The notes beneath the pieces were generated by a model, which saw only the letters and a list, made by a program, of their open reading frames with translations, did not search any database and was not told where the DNA came from. From Octopus vulgaris (lineage: Eukaryota): DNA of 64,000 nucleotides. The stretch is from NCBI GenBank assembly GCA_951406725.2, contig OX597832.1, forward strand, positions 68,572,001 through 68,636,000, written 5' to 3'. This document shows positions 1 to 12,680 of the stretch, piece by piece. Numbering within the stretch: the stretch's first letter is position 1; each line of letters begins with the position of its first letter. Position numbers and translations under genes: made by a program.

Positions 1-1451
1 TTTTCTCTAAAAGTGCAGTTTTCTGCAACATACAACCTTCTGTTTATTTATATCTAATTTGTACATCTTCATCATCATCAGCCAAGGCATTTACTAATTC
101 CTTGATATACTTTTATATATATATATATATATATTTTCAAGCCTCATTTTGCAATTTTTCCTGGCAATTAATACAGAATAAGATTTCTTTTCCAGTCTGA
201 AACACCGAAGAACTTATCTGAATTTTGAATTGGTTTATAGTGGCACCAAATTAGTATTCTTCAAATGCAGATACTAACAAATTGCAAGGATATTTAAAAT
301 GAATTAAAGAAACTAGTGGAAACATCTCTTATCTGATAAGCAAACAAATACAATCAATGAATTGAAACAATAGTGGAGATCTGGGTTAAAATGTTGGAAT
401 ATCTCATTGCTTCAGAAGATATTGTTGCTGTTGGATGAGAGCAGCTGATAGGGGCTGATACACATTAACCAAAATGTTATACTTTTTAAGTAGATGATGG
501 ATTAAAGTGAAGAATGATAATCCAAAGAACTCTTAGAACACATCTGCTCCCAGTCAGAGGCAATTATCCTCTTTAGAAGCTTTGTTTACTATAAACAAAA
601 TTGAAATATAATGAAAACAACTGCTTTAAAATACATATATAAATACTAATAAAATACATGAAACATTCAGTTTGTTTTAATTTGCCAATAAAAAATAAAA
701 CTTTAGGATGTTTGTAATTTACTGATAAACTTTATGGTTCCAATGAGATACATGGAAGCTGATTTTTCTCTGCCTTTAATTAAAATCTACTTTCACTTTA
801 CTTCATTAAATCAGGAAAGGAAAAAAAATAAATGGAAGACATAAAACTATTTCAAAAACACTGTAAACCAATCCCTTTGAACCGTATAAATTGCTGTTTT
901 ATGTAATTAATACCAATTCAATTAAAATTAATTGAAGTATACTATTATATCTTTATTCTAATTAAAGTGTAATATATATCCTTGTTCCAAATATTTTTAT
1001 TTCATGCAACTTCTCTTTTATTATCGTCAGATATGGGTTAATTGTGTACTTTGGTTCAAGCCTGAATCTTTAGGGGAATTCTGTGGGGCTGGAAGAGGGA
1101 AAGGAAAAATGAGGGGTTCCTAATATGCCTGAGAATAGTATGAATATAAGTGTAATGAGAATACACCTAATTAGGAATTGGAAACTAATTTATTGGCTCT
1201 GGTCACTGAAAATGAAGCGTAACACTACAAAATCCTTACAATGAACTTGTAATTCCATCATTCATGGGTTCACAGGAACAACAACTGTTGACCTCTTCCT
1301 GATTCCTCGCTACCAATGTACATTAATATTGCTGTTGCCCCATGCTGTCTAATTCAACTGTACCAACCCACACTGCTTCTAATATCATTTTCTGACTAAT
1401 TCTGTCTTGCCAACTGCCAAAATATACTGATGTATAGTTGAGCCAACAAAG

Positions 1452-1558
1452 GATCTTCACTTGGGCTGCTTTAAATGTACATACCAGAAATAGCAACCAA
1501 ATCTTCCTTGAATCACACTCCATTGCATTAAATAACTGTCATATTGTACACTGTGCTT

Positions 1559-1615
<57 letters not shown>

Positions 1616-1899
1616 GTATGTATATATATATACAGACACATGTATATATACATACATATGTATATATAAATATATATATATATGTATGTATATATATATA
1701 TATTTATATATATATATATATATATATATACTTATATATTTATGTATATATATATGTATGTATATGTATGTATATATATATATATATATATAAAGCACAT
1801 TGTACAATATGACAGTTATTTAATGCAATGGAGTGTGATTCAAGGAAGATTTGATTGCTATTTCTGGTATGTACATTTAAAGCAGCCCCAGTGAAGATC
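1452..1899. repeat. Inverted duplication (~109-bp arms, 1452-1560 / 1791-1899) around a (TA)n/(TATG)n tract
   Basis: Arms are reverse complements with about 3 mismatches (gatcttcacttgggctgct...tgtgcttta vs taaagcaca...agcagccccagtgaagatc). Confidence 0.95.
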
Positions 1900-4749
1900 G
1901 TTTGTAAAAAGACAAGATGGCCATGACTGGAATGTGTTACTGTCAATCTGTAGCAAGGAGTTTTGAAGTCTGCAAATGATAAGAGAAAGGATACTACATT
2001 GCTCTAAGCCTTTCACTTTAGATGAATGTGGTGAGGAGACAAGCATTCATAGCAGGACAAAAATAGATTTGGGCATTTATAAGTTTAGTTATGGATGAAT
2101 GACAAACTCTTTATTGAGGTTGTGTAGATGAACAATTAAAAATGTTAGTGGATCAAGGACTTCATGATAAAAATTGACCAAATGTGGAGGAGAGTTGGAG
2201 TTAATGAGGAGACACTATAAAGGTGCTCTAACATGACAGCTAAATTTCCCTGAATCATATTCTGTTTAAAACGAGATAACAATGGATAATAACCTTTTAG
2301 ATACAATTTGTTAAAAAATAAAAATGTCTGGAATGGCTTTTGGTATGATGTGTGTTTGGCTAAAAGTCGACCTTGGTCTAAATCACAATAGCAACATATA
2401 TAAGTAAATCTTCTTTTTATTCATGGAGTGACCGTATTTGTGAACATAATATAGATCTAATGCATGCATCAATCTTATTATTACATCATATCATTTCCCA
2501 TCTCATGACCATATTTCTCATAAAATATATTATATGTTCTTGTTACCCTTATTTTCATAAAATATGTCTTCAATTAATTTTGGAAATGCAGAAGAATTCT
2601 GGGGGACTTAATAAAATAACTGATGTGATCATTATTAAGATGCTGTTTGGAAAATAACCTAGATGAAAGTTTCCTATAAAATTACGATGCAAGGTTTTCA
2701 TTTACATGTGGACATTTTAAAATTGAGGGTGCTGTCTTACATAACTAGAAGTGAGACAGGTTGATATTGAAAGTTTCAACAGAAGCTCTTAATGAAATTA
2801 TCAACCACAATGTGTTTTTCAACAAAGGACCTTGCGTTTGCTATGTAATTAAGGGTAAGGTCATTATTTTAATATTGCTCATGAAAAGTCACACAATAGA
2901 TGTAGTTACAGCTGAGAAACCTGGAAATACGAGTCACACATGAATGTCAATACTTGTTCCATAGATTGTCATTACAATGACAAAATTCCAGTGCATAATA
3001 ATGTAATTGATGAAGAGACCATAGGTTGCCAAGCTGAAATCAACTGCAATTGTTTCACTGTGTGTTCACTATTCATTGATAATGACTATGAAAACTAGCT
3101 TGTGAAACATATGTTATTGAACAAAACCGATTCATATGTTATGCAATATCCATTCACCTATTTATTCATGCTACCTTCCATTTTAATACGTGGTTCTTTG
3201 CTGAACCAATAGTGTAGCATACAGAATGATTCGTAGAAGTTAGTTGCATGTATGGCATTGATTGTTCAAATGGCACCAAGGTCGACTTTGCATTTCATTT
3301 TTCCAAGGTTAATAGTGTTATATTCCTGAAATTGATGTTACTTTCCATTTACTTTGTAAAAGTTATCCTTGTCAATTAAATTGATTTTGCTTTGTACAAG
3401 ACATACCTAACAGATACATTCAATTGATATTGTTAACAACTACACTAACAAAATACTCTTACCTCCTTCTTTTCAATGTTTCTCCTTCTCGTTATCATTT
3501 AAAGATTTGCTTTCCATGCTGGCACAGAGATGACAATTGACCAAGAGCCAGCAAGCCAGACGATTGTGCCATGCTCTGCTTTGGTATGATTTCTATGATT
3601 GAATAGTCTTTCTAAAGTCATATTTGGATAAACCTGCTTTTAAAACCTTTAAGCCCAATCACTGGGACACAGGGACTTTTAGCAGTAATTCATTCAGCTA
3701 ATTCCCAACATTTACCACCACAGGATCAGAAATGAACATACTACAAGCTCATAAAGTGGCAAAAAAGCAAAACACTGATTTGCATATTCCTTTGAAAGAC
3801 ATTCTAGCAGATATGAAAATGTACATATGCTAATCACTGTTGTATTTCACTTTAAGAGAAGAAATTCCTTCAGACAATTTATGTTAACAACATATGCATG
3901 ATTCAGTGATACAGAGGATTCTGAGACACAAATGTTTCAACATTATTATGTCTCTTCAGTCAAATGTAACTCTGGATATTGGAATCTAAACAAGACTGGT
4001 TGTTCTTGTTCATAGAGTTTATTAAGCAGATATATGCAACAGTGATGAGCATATTCACGTTTGATCAGCTGTAATGCATTAAGAGCAACTGTACACATCA
4101 TCATAAGAATTTAACTTTTTATTCTTTGGCTCCCTTATCAACTCAGAGTGTCAAGCCTATGACCTTAAGTGTTTCTACTCCCTGTGACACAATGATTGTA
4201 TCTTTTAGACATATATTGTCTAACTTTATGCAAATATGACTGCTATTTGTCACACACTGAGCAACTATGTTACTATTGCCATGCTTTGATTGAAAACCAG
4301 AAATGTTGCTTGTAGAGCTAAGAAGGTAACCATAAATATAGTTGCCATAAATATGGATAGATGAATCATTCACAGTCTCATGCAAGCAAACATGAAATGA
4401 CAAAAGTTCCACATCATTTGAAATCAGAATATGATAATAATCAGGATGATCATGATGATGGTTATGATGATGATGATATGGAAGGAAGTATGATGACAGC
4501 TAAGTTTGTTCACTGGAGATTGTGGGCAAAGAACAGTCATGAAAGAACACACAGACCAGAAGACATCACTGAATATAATGAGGGTTTTTACAATCCAGTG
4601 TGACTCAGTGATTGATGCTTGAAGATGACATGTTGTTGCAATGGATGAAAATAAAGAAAGAAATCAAGATCATAGATATTGCCATATCTAGGAATGTACA
4701 AGAGGATGACAGAAATCATTGAAACGTACAATCTATTTAAAGGTGAAAT

Positions 4750-5045
4750 TGCATGAATGTGGACCTTGAAGTTCAGAACTGTCAGTCCCGTAGTTGAAGG
4801 ACATTAACTGAGGTCATTAACAAACAGGTTTGACAAATTTGTTGGAGGAATTGGGATTGACACGAAGGTAGAACATGCCCAGAAAACTGCTTTACTGAGG
4901 ACAAGTAGGATCTTAAGACTGGTATTTGTGTGTTAAGTATCATGGAAAGAAACCCTGGGAGACCTTTGACAACAAGTTACTGTCTGCTCTTACAGAATTA
5001 ATAGGAGTAAGTGAAATTGAGAGCTCAGAGAAAAGAAATGAAAGG
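4750..5045 (+). mobile_element. 3' fragment of R4/Dong-like (RLE) non-LTR retrotransposon
   Basis: Translates to FDKFVGGIGIDTKVEHAQKTALLRTSRILRLVF*, matching the QKxALLGTARILRxVL C-terminus of R4-type elements. Followed by (AAT)n. Confidence 0.7.
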
Positions 5046-5063
5046 ATAATAATAATAATAATA

Positions 5064-5247
5064 TCCCTAAAGATTTGAACAGTTGGATATAGGAAATAGG
5101 CATAAAATCCAGTTTAGTACAGCTTCTGAAAACAGTGTTGTTAAAGACAGCTAGGATATTTAGGAGGGTTCTTGGCATCTAAGGTTACTTTTCGTAGCCC
5201 AGTGTTAGGAATTTTTCTTTTCCAACAGTCCAATATCCTGTGTGCAT
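5064..5247 (+). mobile_element. Second R4/Dong-like 3' fragment embedded in (AAT)n
   Basis: IPKDLNSWI*EIGIKSSLVQLLKTVLLKTARIFRRVLGI* plus a short 3' UTR, with AAT repeats on both sides. Confidence 0.75.
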
Positions 5248-5276
5248 ATGAATAATAATGATAATAATAATAATAA

Positions 5277-5320
<44 letters not shown>

Positions 5321-5321
<1 letters not shown>

Positions 5322-5803
5322 ATTGTTTTGTCTTGGTATAAAAGATGGCTACAGCAAATATTCTGCTCAATACCACAGATTTGCTTGTCAGTTGTTTGGC
5401 CTTAACCAGTTGACCATGTCCCTTAGTGGTTGATGATATGTGCATCTCTGATCACAAGCAGAAGTAGTGGGGGAACATCATAGCCATGTGTTGAGAGGAA
5501 TTCTTTGGGGTTTGAATAATTCACCTTTGGAAACATGGGTGTTTCGTTCAACATCCTTAAACAACCCTTATTCAGGGACCTTTTGAGCAGGATGTGTTAC
5601 TTGACCAGAAGAAAATTCTAACTGGGCCCCACCTGCAAGGTCATGTGCTGATTATCTTGATATGAGATCACCATGTCACACACATATGGTTGTGATGCAT
5701 GTGCCTGGTGTACCCTTATCAGACAGGTAGTCATGAAGTGTATACTGGGCTTCGTATATTTTACCCCAGTGTCACTTTGATGGCATGCACTGATCTCTCA
5801 CTC
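5321..5803 (+). mobile_element. Non-coding ~480-bp element flanked by (AAT)n, copy 1 (probably a non-autonomous retroposon)
   Basis: Highly similar to 6270-6754. Ends ...ctctcactc(AAT)n. Confidence 0.8.
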
Positions 5804-5845
5804 AATAATAATAATAATCATAATAATGATAATAATAATAATAAC

Positions 5846-5897
<52 letters not shown>

Positions 5898-6115
5898 GGG
5901 AAATACGAAGGTTGTGGTCAATGAGGAGAGCAGATGTGATACCAATAGTAATTGGGTCACTTGGAAGTATCAGCACTCAACTGCCAACAGTGGCTAAAAA
6001 AATTCTTCACAGGGTTCTTGAAGCATGACCAGTAAACAGGTGTCACCTTTGCCTGCTGACTGTGGACAGCTGACACTTTTCTTCATACCCAGCAACATAA
6101 GCTGTGAGTTTTCAT
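5898..6115 (+). mobile_element. Third R4/Dong-like 3' fragment in (AAT)n
   Basis: EIRRLWSMRRADVIPIVIGSLGSISTQL matches the RLE-region motif (ExxRLW...VIPIVIGALG). Confidence 0.75.
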
Positions 6116-6136
6116 ATAATAATAATAATAATAATA

Positions 6137-6754
6137 GTCCCTTACTGGCTGACGATATGTGCATCTTTGATCACGAGCAGAAGTAGTGGGGGAGCATATG
6201 CCCTGATGCAGTACCAGGCAGTGGCTCTCATGGCTTCTGATCTTAACTTATTGGAAGTGTTATCATGTACATTGTTTTGTCTTGGTATAAAAGATGGGCT
6301 ACAGCAAATATTCTGCTCAATACCACAGATTTGCTTGTCAGTTGTTTGACCTTAACCAGTTGAGCATGTCCCTTAGTGGCTGACGATATGTGCATCTTTG
6401 ATCACGAGCAGAAGTAGTGGGGGAGCATCATAGCCATGTGTTGAGAGGGATTCTTTGTGATTTGAATAATTCACCTCTGGAAACATGGGTGGTTCTTTCA
6501 ACATCCTCAAACAACCCTTATTCAGGGACCTTTTGAGTGGGATGGGCTACTCAACCTGAAGAAAATTCTAACTGGGCCCCCACCTGCAAGGTCATGTGCT
6601 GTTTATCTTGATATGCGAGCACCATGTCGCGCACATATGGTTGTGATGCATGTGCCTGGTGTACCCTTATCAGACGGGTAGTCATGATGGGTATATTGGG
6701 CTTCGTATATTTTACCCCAGTGTCACTTTGATGGCATGAACTGCTCTCTCACTC
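6137..6754 (+). mobile_element. AAT-flanked non-coding element, copy 2, with a longer 5' part and a partial internal duplication at 6137-6198
   Basis: Direct repeat of 5321-5803. 6137-6198 repeats ~6368-6428. Confidence 0.8.
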
Positions 6755-7474
6755 AATAATAATAATAATGAAAATAATAATAATAATAATTCTTTCTACT
6801 TAAGGCACCACAAGGCCACCAGTTTTTTGGGGAGTGGCACTTCATTTTATTGACTCCTGAAAAGGTGCCAGTTTTAACCCTAGAAGTATTTGAAGCCAAA
6901 ATGTAAAGAGCAGTAATAATTCCTATGAAGCACTTTTTCTGATATTGTAACAATTCTTGCCGCTTTAATAGAAGTTTTGTTTTAAGAACAAGGCAAGTAG
7001 TTCCGAGGGGGAGGGTTAGATGATAGCCTTAACCTGATGTACTTGACTGATACCCAAAATGAAAACAACTGTGACCTCAGCAGGAAGGGAACTCAGATTG
7101 TAGAAAGCTGGAGGAAATACCAGAAAGCTTTCTCCAGATGATCTGATGATTCTTCCTAGTCTAATCACCAATCACTGATATTCCATGTGGTGGGATACAC
7201 CCAATAGCACAACCCAGCATTTTACAGAGAATTTTGTAAAATGAAATCAATTGGGTACAAACTCAGAAAAGAAAAGGAATTATCTGAACACTTCATTATG
7301 CTGTCCAGCATTTCCAGTAAATCTGCCAAATTCTTGCCTCAAAGATAACTATTTAAAGTCTGTCCAAATTCTGTTGTCCTTGTTTCTATTGATTTTCCTG
7401 ATGAGTTACTAAAGTCAAAATGAAAAACAAAAATAATAATAATAATAATAAAAATGGTGATGATGATAATAATT

Positions 7475-7685
7475 TCAAATTTTGGCACAAGGCCAGCAGC
7501 TTTGGGAAAGGGGTTAAATTGATTACATTCAGCCCCAGTATGTAACTGGTACTTATTTTATCAACCCTGAAAGGATGAAAGGCAAAGGTAACCTAGGCAG
7601 ATTTTGAACTCAGAACATAAAGATAGAAGAATTGCTACAAAGTATTTTGCCTGGTACAGTACCAATTAGACCAGCTCACCACCTT
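7475..7685 (-). mobile_element. tRNA-derived SINE (family with core ctttgcctttcatcctttcggggtcgataaaataagtaccag)
   Basis: Same sequence recurs at 43330-44800, 54335-54520 and 63175-63380. B-box-like GAGTTCAAA on the minus strand and an AAT-type tail. Confidence 0.75.
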
Positions 7686-8539
7686 AACAGTAATGATGAT
7701 AATAATAATGAGGATGATGATGATGATGATGATGATGATGTTCAAGATGTTGACAGTGTTCAAATTCTTAGCTCTAAATGCACTTTTGTTTCAAAAAGTC
7801 TTTAGAAATGTGATCATATATCAATTTGCCAGTTCTCTAATAACTCCAATGCAAAATTGCTAATTAAAGATTTGTTAAGCATGATCAAAGCAAGGAATTG
7901 ATGCCAATGCTGCCGAGAACTGGTTTACATTGTGACCTATCAGTCACCATTATTATTACTTCAATGTACACAACAGACACTCTACAGAGTTTCTGGCTGT
8001 GAACAGAATATTAATCTTGACGACTGCTTTGGCTAATGTTATTTGAAATGGGTTTCTTGAATTATTTATCAAAATGTTGATTTTCAGCTTGTATCAGCAA
8101 GCTTTTGTAGCATTAATATGACTGCTTGTGACAACTTTCGAAGGAGATGAACAGAAATATATCAGCCAATGTGACTTTAATATGGCAACACATCTCTGGA
8201 GAGAAAATATAACAAATTTAATTACTAAAATATATGCTAAAATGTATTCATTTATCTGACACTCTCAAACAGCAGAGATAGGCAATCCCTCGGGTTCCAG
8301 TAATCAGTCATATCTACCAATGATTGAACCAAATATAATTTCCTTTATTCTCAACAATCTACAGAAGCAAACCATGGTAAACTTGGAGAGTTAGTGACAT
8401 TTGTTGGTTCATTCTTTGTAATGTAATTTTCATTCCTTTAAGATGTCGCTAAAATTGTGTTTTGTGAGCAGAAGAATTCTTAGTTGTAGTTTCCTAAGAA
8501 GTCAGTAATTATCCTATGGGTGCCCCTATTACACACATG

Positions 8540-8872
8540 CATACATCAACATCATTATCATCATCATTATCATCAACATTATTAGTATCATCAACATCAT
8601 TGTTGTTGTTGTTGTTGTCGTCATCATCTATATCATCAAAATCATCATCATCCTCATCATCAAGATCATCATTAGCATCATCATCAACATCATCATTATT
8701 GTCATCATCATCATCGTCATCATCATCAGCATCATCGTTACTGTGATCATCATTATCAGCAGCAAAATCATCATTAGCATCATCATTATCATCATCATCA
8801 TCATCAACATCATTGTTATTGCTGTCATCATCATCGACATCATCAAAATCATCATCATCATCATCATCATCA
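8540..8872. repeat. Degenerate (CAT)n microsatellite, the expanded tail of the adjacent retroposon
   Basis: Low-complexity CAT/TCA run directly abutting ttaacgtctattttccatgc. Confidence 0.9.
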
Positions 8873-9586
8873 ATTAACGTCTATTTTCCATGCAGGCAGG
8901 GTTTGCTTTGTTTGACAAGAGCTGGCAACGCCAAGAGCAACACCAGACTCCATAGTCTCTTCAGACATGGTTACAATAGCTGGATGCCTTTCCTGATGCC
9001 AACCACTCTACAGAGTGTACTGGATGCCTTTTAGGTTGCACCAGCACTGACAGAATCACCAAATACCTCGCAAGACAAGAACCCTTCAACTGGAAGGGCA
9101 CTGAGTAAGATTTAGGCTGTTTGGGTGTATATGAGTGTTTGCTGTTTCTCACCATTTGACAACTGGTGTTGGTCTGATTATGTCCCCGTAACATAATGGT
9201 TTGGCAAAAGAAAATGATAGAACAAATACCGGACTTAAAACTTTCAAGGTGGTGCCCCAGCATATATATGTATGTATGCATGTATGTATGTATGTATGTA
9301 TGTATGTATGTATGTATGTATGTATGTATGTGTGTGTGTGTATGTGTGCATGTATGTATGTATGTATGTATGTATGTATGTATGTATGGGAAAAAAGAGG
9401 CAAAATAAAGCTTATCTGATGTGTATCTTCCTTATTTTAATCATCAGAAAAGCTACAAAATGGATTCAAGCATTGACTGGCACTTTTCAAAATCTGCATT
9501 GCAGTCCTTACTTGATAAAACACAAATCCAAGTCCTCTGATGTAGCACAAACCCACTTTCTACCTCAGACTTTCTCTCTCTTCAAT

Positions 9587-9654
<68 letters not shown>

Positions 9655-9756
9655 TATGTATGTATAATATATATATTATATATATATATATATCATATAT
9701 ATATATAGATAGATACATACATATGTGTGTGTCTGTGTGTCTGTATATATATACCA

Positions 9757-9934
9757 TCATCATCGTTTAACATCCGTTTTACATTCTAGCATGGGTTTGA
9801 CAGTTCGACTGGGGTCTGGGAAGCCAGGAGGCTGCACCAGGATCCAGTCGGATCTGGCAGTGTTTCTACAGCTGGATGTGCTTCCTAATGCCAACCACTC
9901 CGTGAGTGTAGAGGGTGCTTTTTACGTGTCACCG
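9757..9934 (-). mobile_element. SINE/RTE-associated 3' end (…gcatggaaagcggacgttaaacgatgatg family)
   Basis: Related copies at 8872-9080, 19195-19385, 24150-24480, 35150-35280 and 50195-50400, all ending in (GAT)n. Confidence 0.75.
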
Positions 9935-9989
<55 letters not shown>

Positions 9990-9994
<5 letters not shown>

Positions 9995-10095
9995 TGACAG
10001 AGTGAGATAAAAAATACAAGGCTGTAAATAATTTTCATAAGTGTTCTGGAAACTATTTACAGGTTTGGATTTTTTATCTCATTCTATCAATTTAT
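9990..10095. repeat. Imperfect hairpin (~42-bp arms) at the start of a ~250-bp insert between two (TA)n tracts
   Basis: aaattgacagagtgagataaaaaatacaaggctgtaaata pairs with tatttacaggtttggattttttatctcattctatcaattt. Confidence 0.85.
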
Positions 10096-10241
10096 AAATG
10101 CATACTAATATATGACCCACGTTGGACTCCTCATTTTTATCATTATCGAACCTGGAGCTTAACCATGGTCTATCCATAGCACTTACTTAGCATTACCCAC
10201 CACCTTTTGGGTCTTCTTGACACCAATACCTCTCATATCCT

Positions 10242-10293
<52 letters not shown>

Positions 10294-10339
10294 CAATATA
10301 TATAATATATATTATAACAAATACACTGGTAGACAGGAA

Positions 10340-10560
10340 TCACTTCTTGCACTGGTCAAAAACAAAATCTTGCTTGGTGTGGTTATGAACCCTACCACAA
10401 CTCCCTGGCCAAGACCATTCTTCAGAGCATAGATGAAGGAGACCGAAAGAGAGGCAGACATAGAAAAGCCTAGTTTGACAACATCAAGGAATGGACAGGT
10501 CACAACACAGAAAACCTACTACACATGACACCAGTTGTTGACTATAAAAGCTATGATGAG
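10340..10560 (+). mobile_element. RTE-clade LINE 3' fragment
   Basis: HNSLAKTILQSIDEGDRKRGRHRKA*FDNIKEWTG resembles the RTE C-terminus (…ILQGxVEGxRxRGRQxxxWxDNIKEW). Confidence 0.7.
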
Positions 10561-10819
10561 GCTTTTTTGTAGCTGGGAATGATGGGTTTGGAGAAATCGG
10601 TGGAATGGCTGGCAAGTGTGAATGGAGTGCAGTGGTATGGACATGTGTTGGGGAGGGATGGGTAGCTTGTTCTGAGGAGGGGGATTGCATTTGAGGTAAA
10701 TGGAGCATGAAAATGAGGTAGACCGAGGAAAAGGAGGAGTACCAGTGAAACACTAGGGTTGATGGAATCAACTAACTCCCCTCCTCCAAATTTCAGGCCT
10801 TGTCCTTATTAGAAAGGAT

Positions 10820-10856
<37 letters not shown>

Positions 10857-11127
10857 AACACACACAAACACACACACACACATACAAATATGATTCAAAG
10901 GCTCTGAGAAAGCCAAAAGATGATGTGCAAGCACCTAGCTCTGAGTGCTCTGAATCTCATAGCAGAAATGACTGTAAGCTATTTAAGTTGATCCCATAAC
11001 TCCTATTCCCTTGAGGTTCTATTAATTCCATATATATAAACATGTATATGCCCCCCACCACCACAAATCTGCATATGCATAAGTGCAACTGTGTAAGTGA
11101 GTCTGTGTTTCCATTGTTTACATATTC

Positions 11128-11338
11128 TTTTATTCTTTTACTTGTTTCAGTCATTTGACTGCAGCTATGCTGGAGCACTGCCTTTAATTAAGCAAATCGA
11201 CCCCAGGACTTATTTTTTGTAAGCCTAGTACTTATTCTATCAGTCTCTATTGCCAAATCACTAAGTTACAGGGACATAAACACACCAGCATCCGTTGTCA
11301 AGTGATGTTGGGGGACAAACACAGACACACAAACATAT

Positions 11339-11395
<57 letters not shown>

Positions 11396-11520
11396 TATAT
11401 ACATATATACAATGGGCTTCTTTCGGTTTCTGTCTACCAAATCCACTGACAAAGCTTTGGTCAGCCAAAGACTATAGTAGAGAACACTTGCCCAAAGTGC
11501 ACTGCAGTGGGACTGAACCA
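11128..11520 (-). mobile_element. CORE-like tRNA SINE with internal TA/TG microsatellite
   Basis: Reverse complement of the 24909-25340 element. Further copies near 31250-31600, 35285-35750, 46330-46497, 47140-47510, 52130-52250, 54975-55100 and 60715-60800. Confidence 0.85.
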
Positions 11521-12644
11521 CCCACCCACTTCTGCACCTATATGTTTACCAATTGTAAGCAAAAGGGTGAATCAAAACATTATCCTTTCTTTTTTGTTCA
11601 CTGTGTAAACATGTCTAAGGTATTCATTAATTGACAAGCTAGGGGATTCTTTCCTTGCTTGGAAACAGGGGAATGTTAGTGACTTGAAGGGCATCCAGCC
11701 TTAGAATCTCTAATTCAAGCAATTCCATCTCACCCATGCAAGAAGAGAAAAGGAAATTTTAAAAATCGATTATGATGATGATGATGATGACAATGGTGAG
11801 GAAGATGATGATAATGCGCATGCTCACACACACACACACACACATACACACACTCACACACACACACATCAAAGGCTATGAATGTTAATATGATCTTATG
11901 ACCTTCACCAGCCACCACCCAACCAACCTATTTCTTCCTAAATTCTAAGTACAAAGCCAATGAAAAGTCCTTCTGAATATGTCTAGATTTCACAGGAAAT
12001 ATTTCATACAGTTTCCCAACTATTAAAATGTAAAATAGTTTTATTTCACACATATTTTCATTGAAATATTTTTTTTTATGTGTATGAAATAGTTTCGTGA
12101 ATATTTTTGCTCGCAGAAATCTTTGTTCACAAGCAGAAATCAGAAATTTGGTGGTTTCTCATATCAAAAATGCAACTATATCGAATAATAGGTCCAACCT
12201 TTTATCAAGATAGTTTTTCTAAATTCATATATTTCCATTTCTGTTATCGACATTAATAAGAATTGATCATTTGTACTCTTCCTAGAAACCGAGTGAAAAT
12301 AAAATAAAATAAAATAAAACACAAACAAAACATAAAGAAGAAAATCTAAAATAATCAACTAAATAAAATTGTTGATTAGTTATTTCAGAAGAAAAAAAAA
12401 ATAAAGAAGAAAAACAACAAATTTGCAATAAACAAAGAATGGAACAAGTTCTTTCCAATTTAACAAATAGCTAAGAATTCACACTTAATTTATGTTTCTC
12501 TCGTAACTAGAATTCCGATAATCAGATAAATTTTTTTTATCATTCTCCTCCAACCATTTTATTCTATATTACCATTTTCTGCAGGATAAAAAAAAAACTA
12601 TACATACATATACATACATATCTATCTATCTATCTATCTATCTA

Positions 12645-12680
<36 letters not shown>

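Noticed and set aside
6379-6420. CTGACGA in the AAT-flanked element as a possible hammerhead
   Set aside because: No downstream GAAA…UH or stem I partner. Similar isolated CUGANGA hits near 7398, 34908, 35086 and 60579 were rejected for the same reason.
7900-8196. Good minus-strand acceptor (ttttctctccag) followed by complex sequence
   Set aside because: All frames close quickly. At most a non-coding exon; unsupported.
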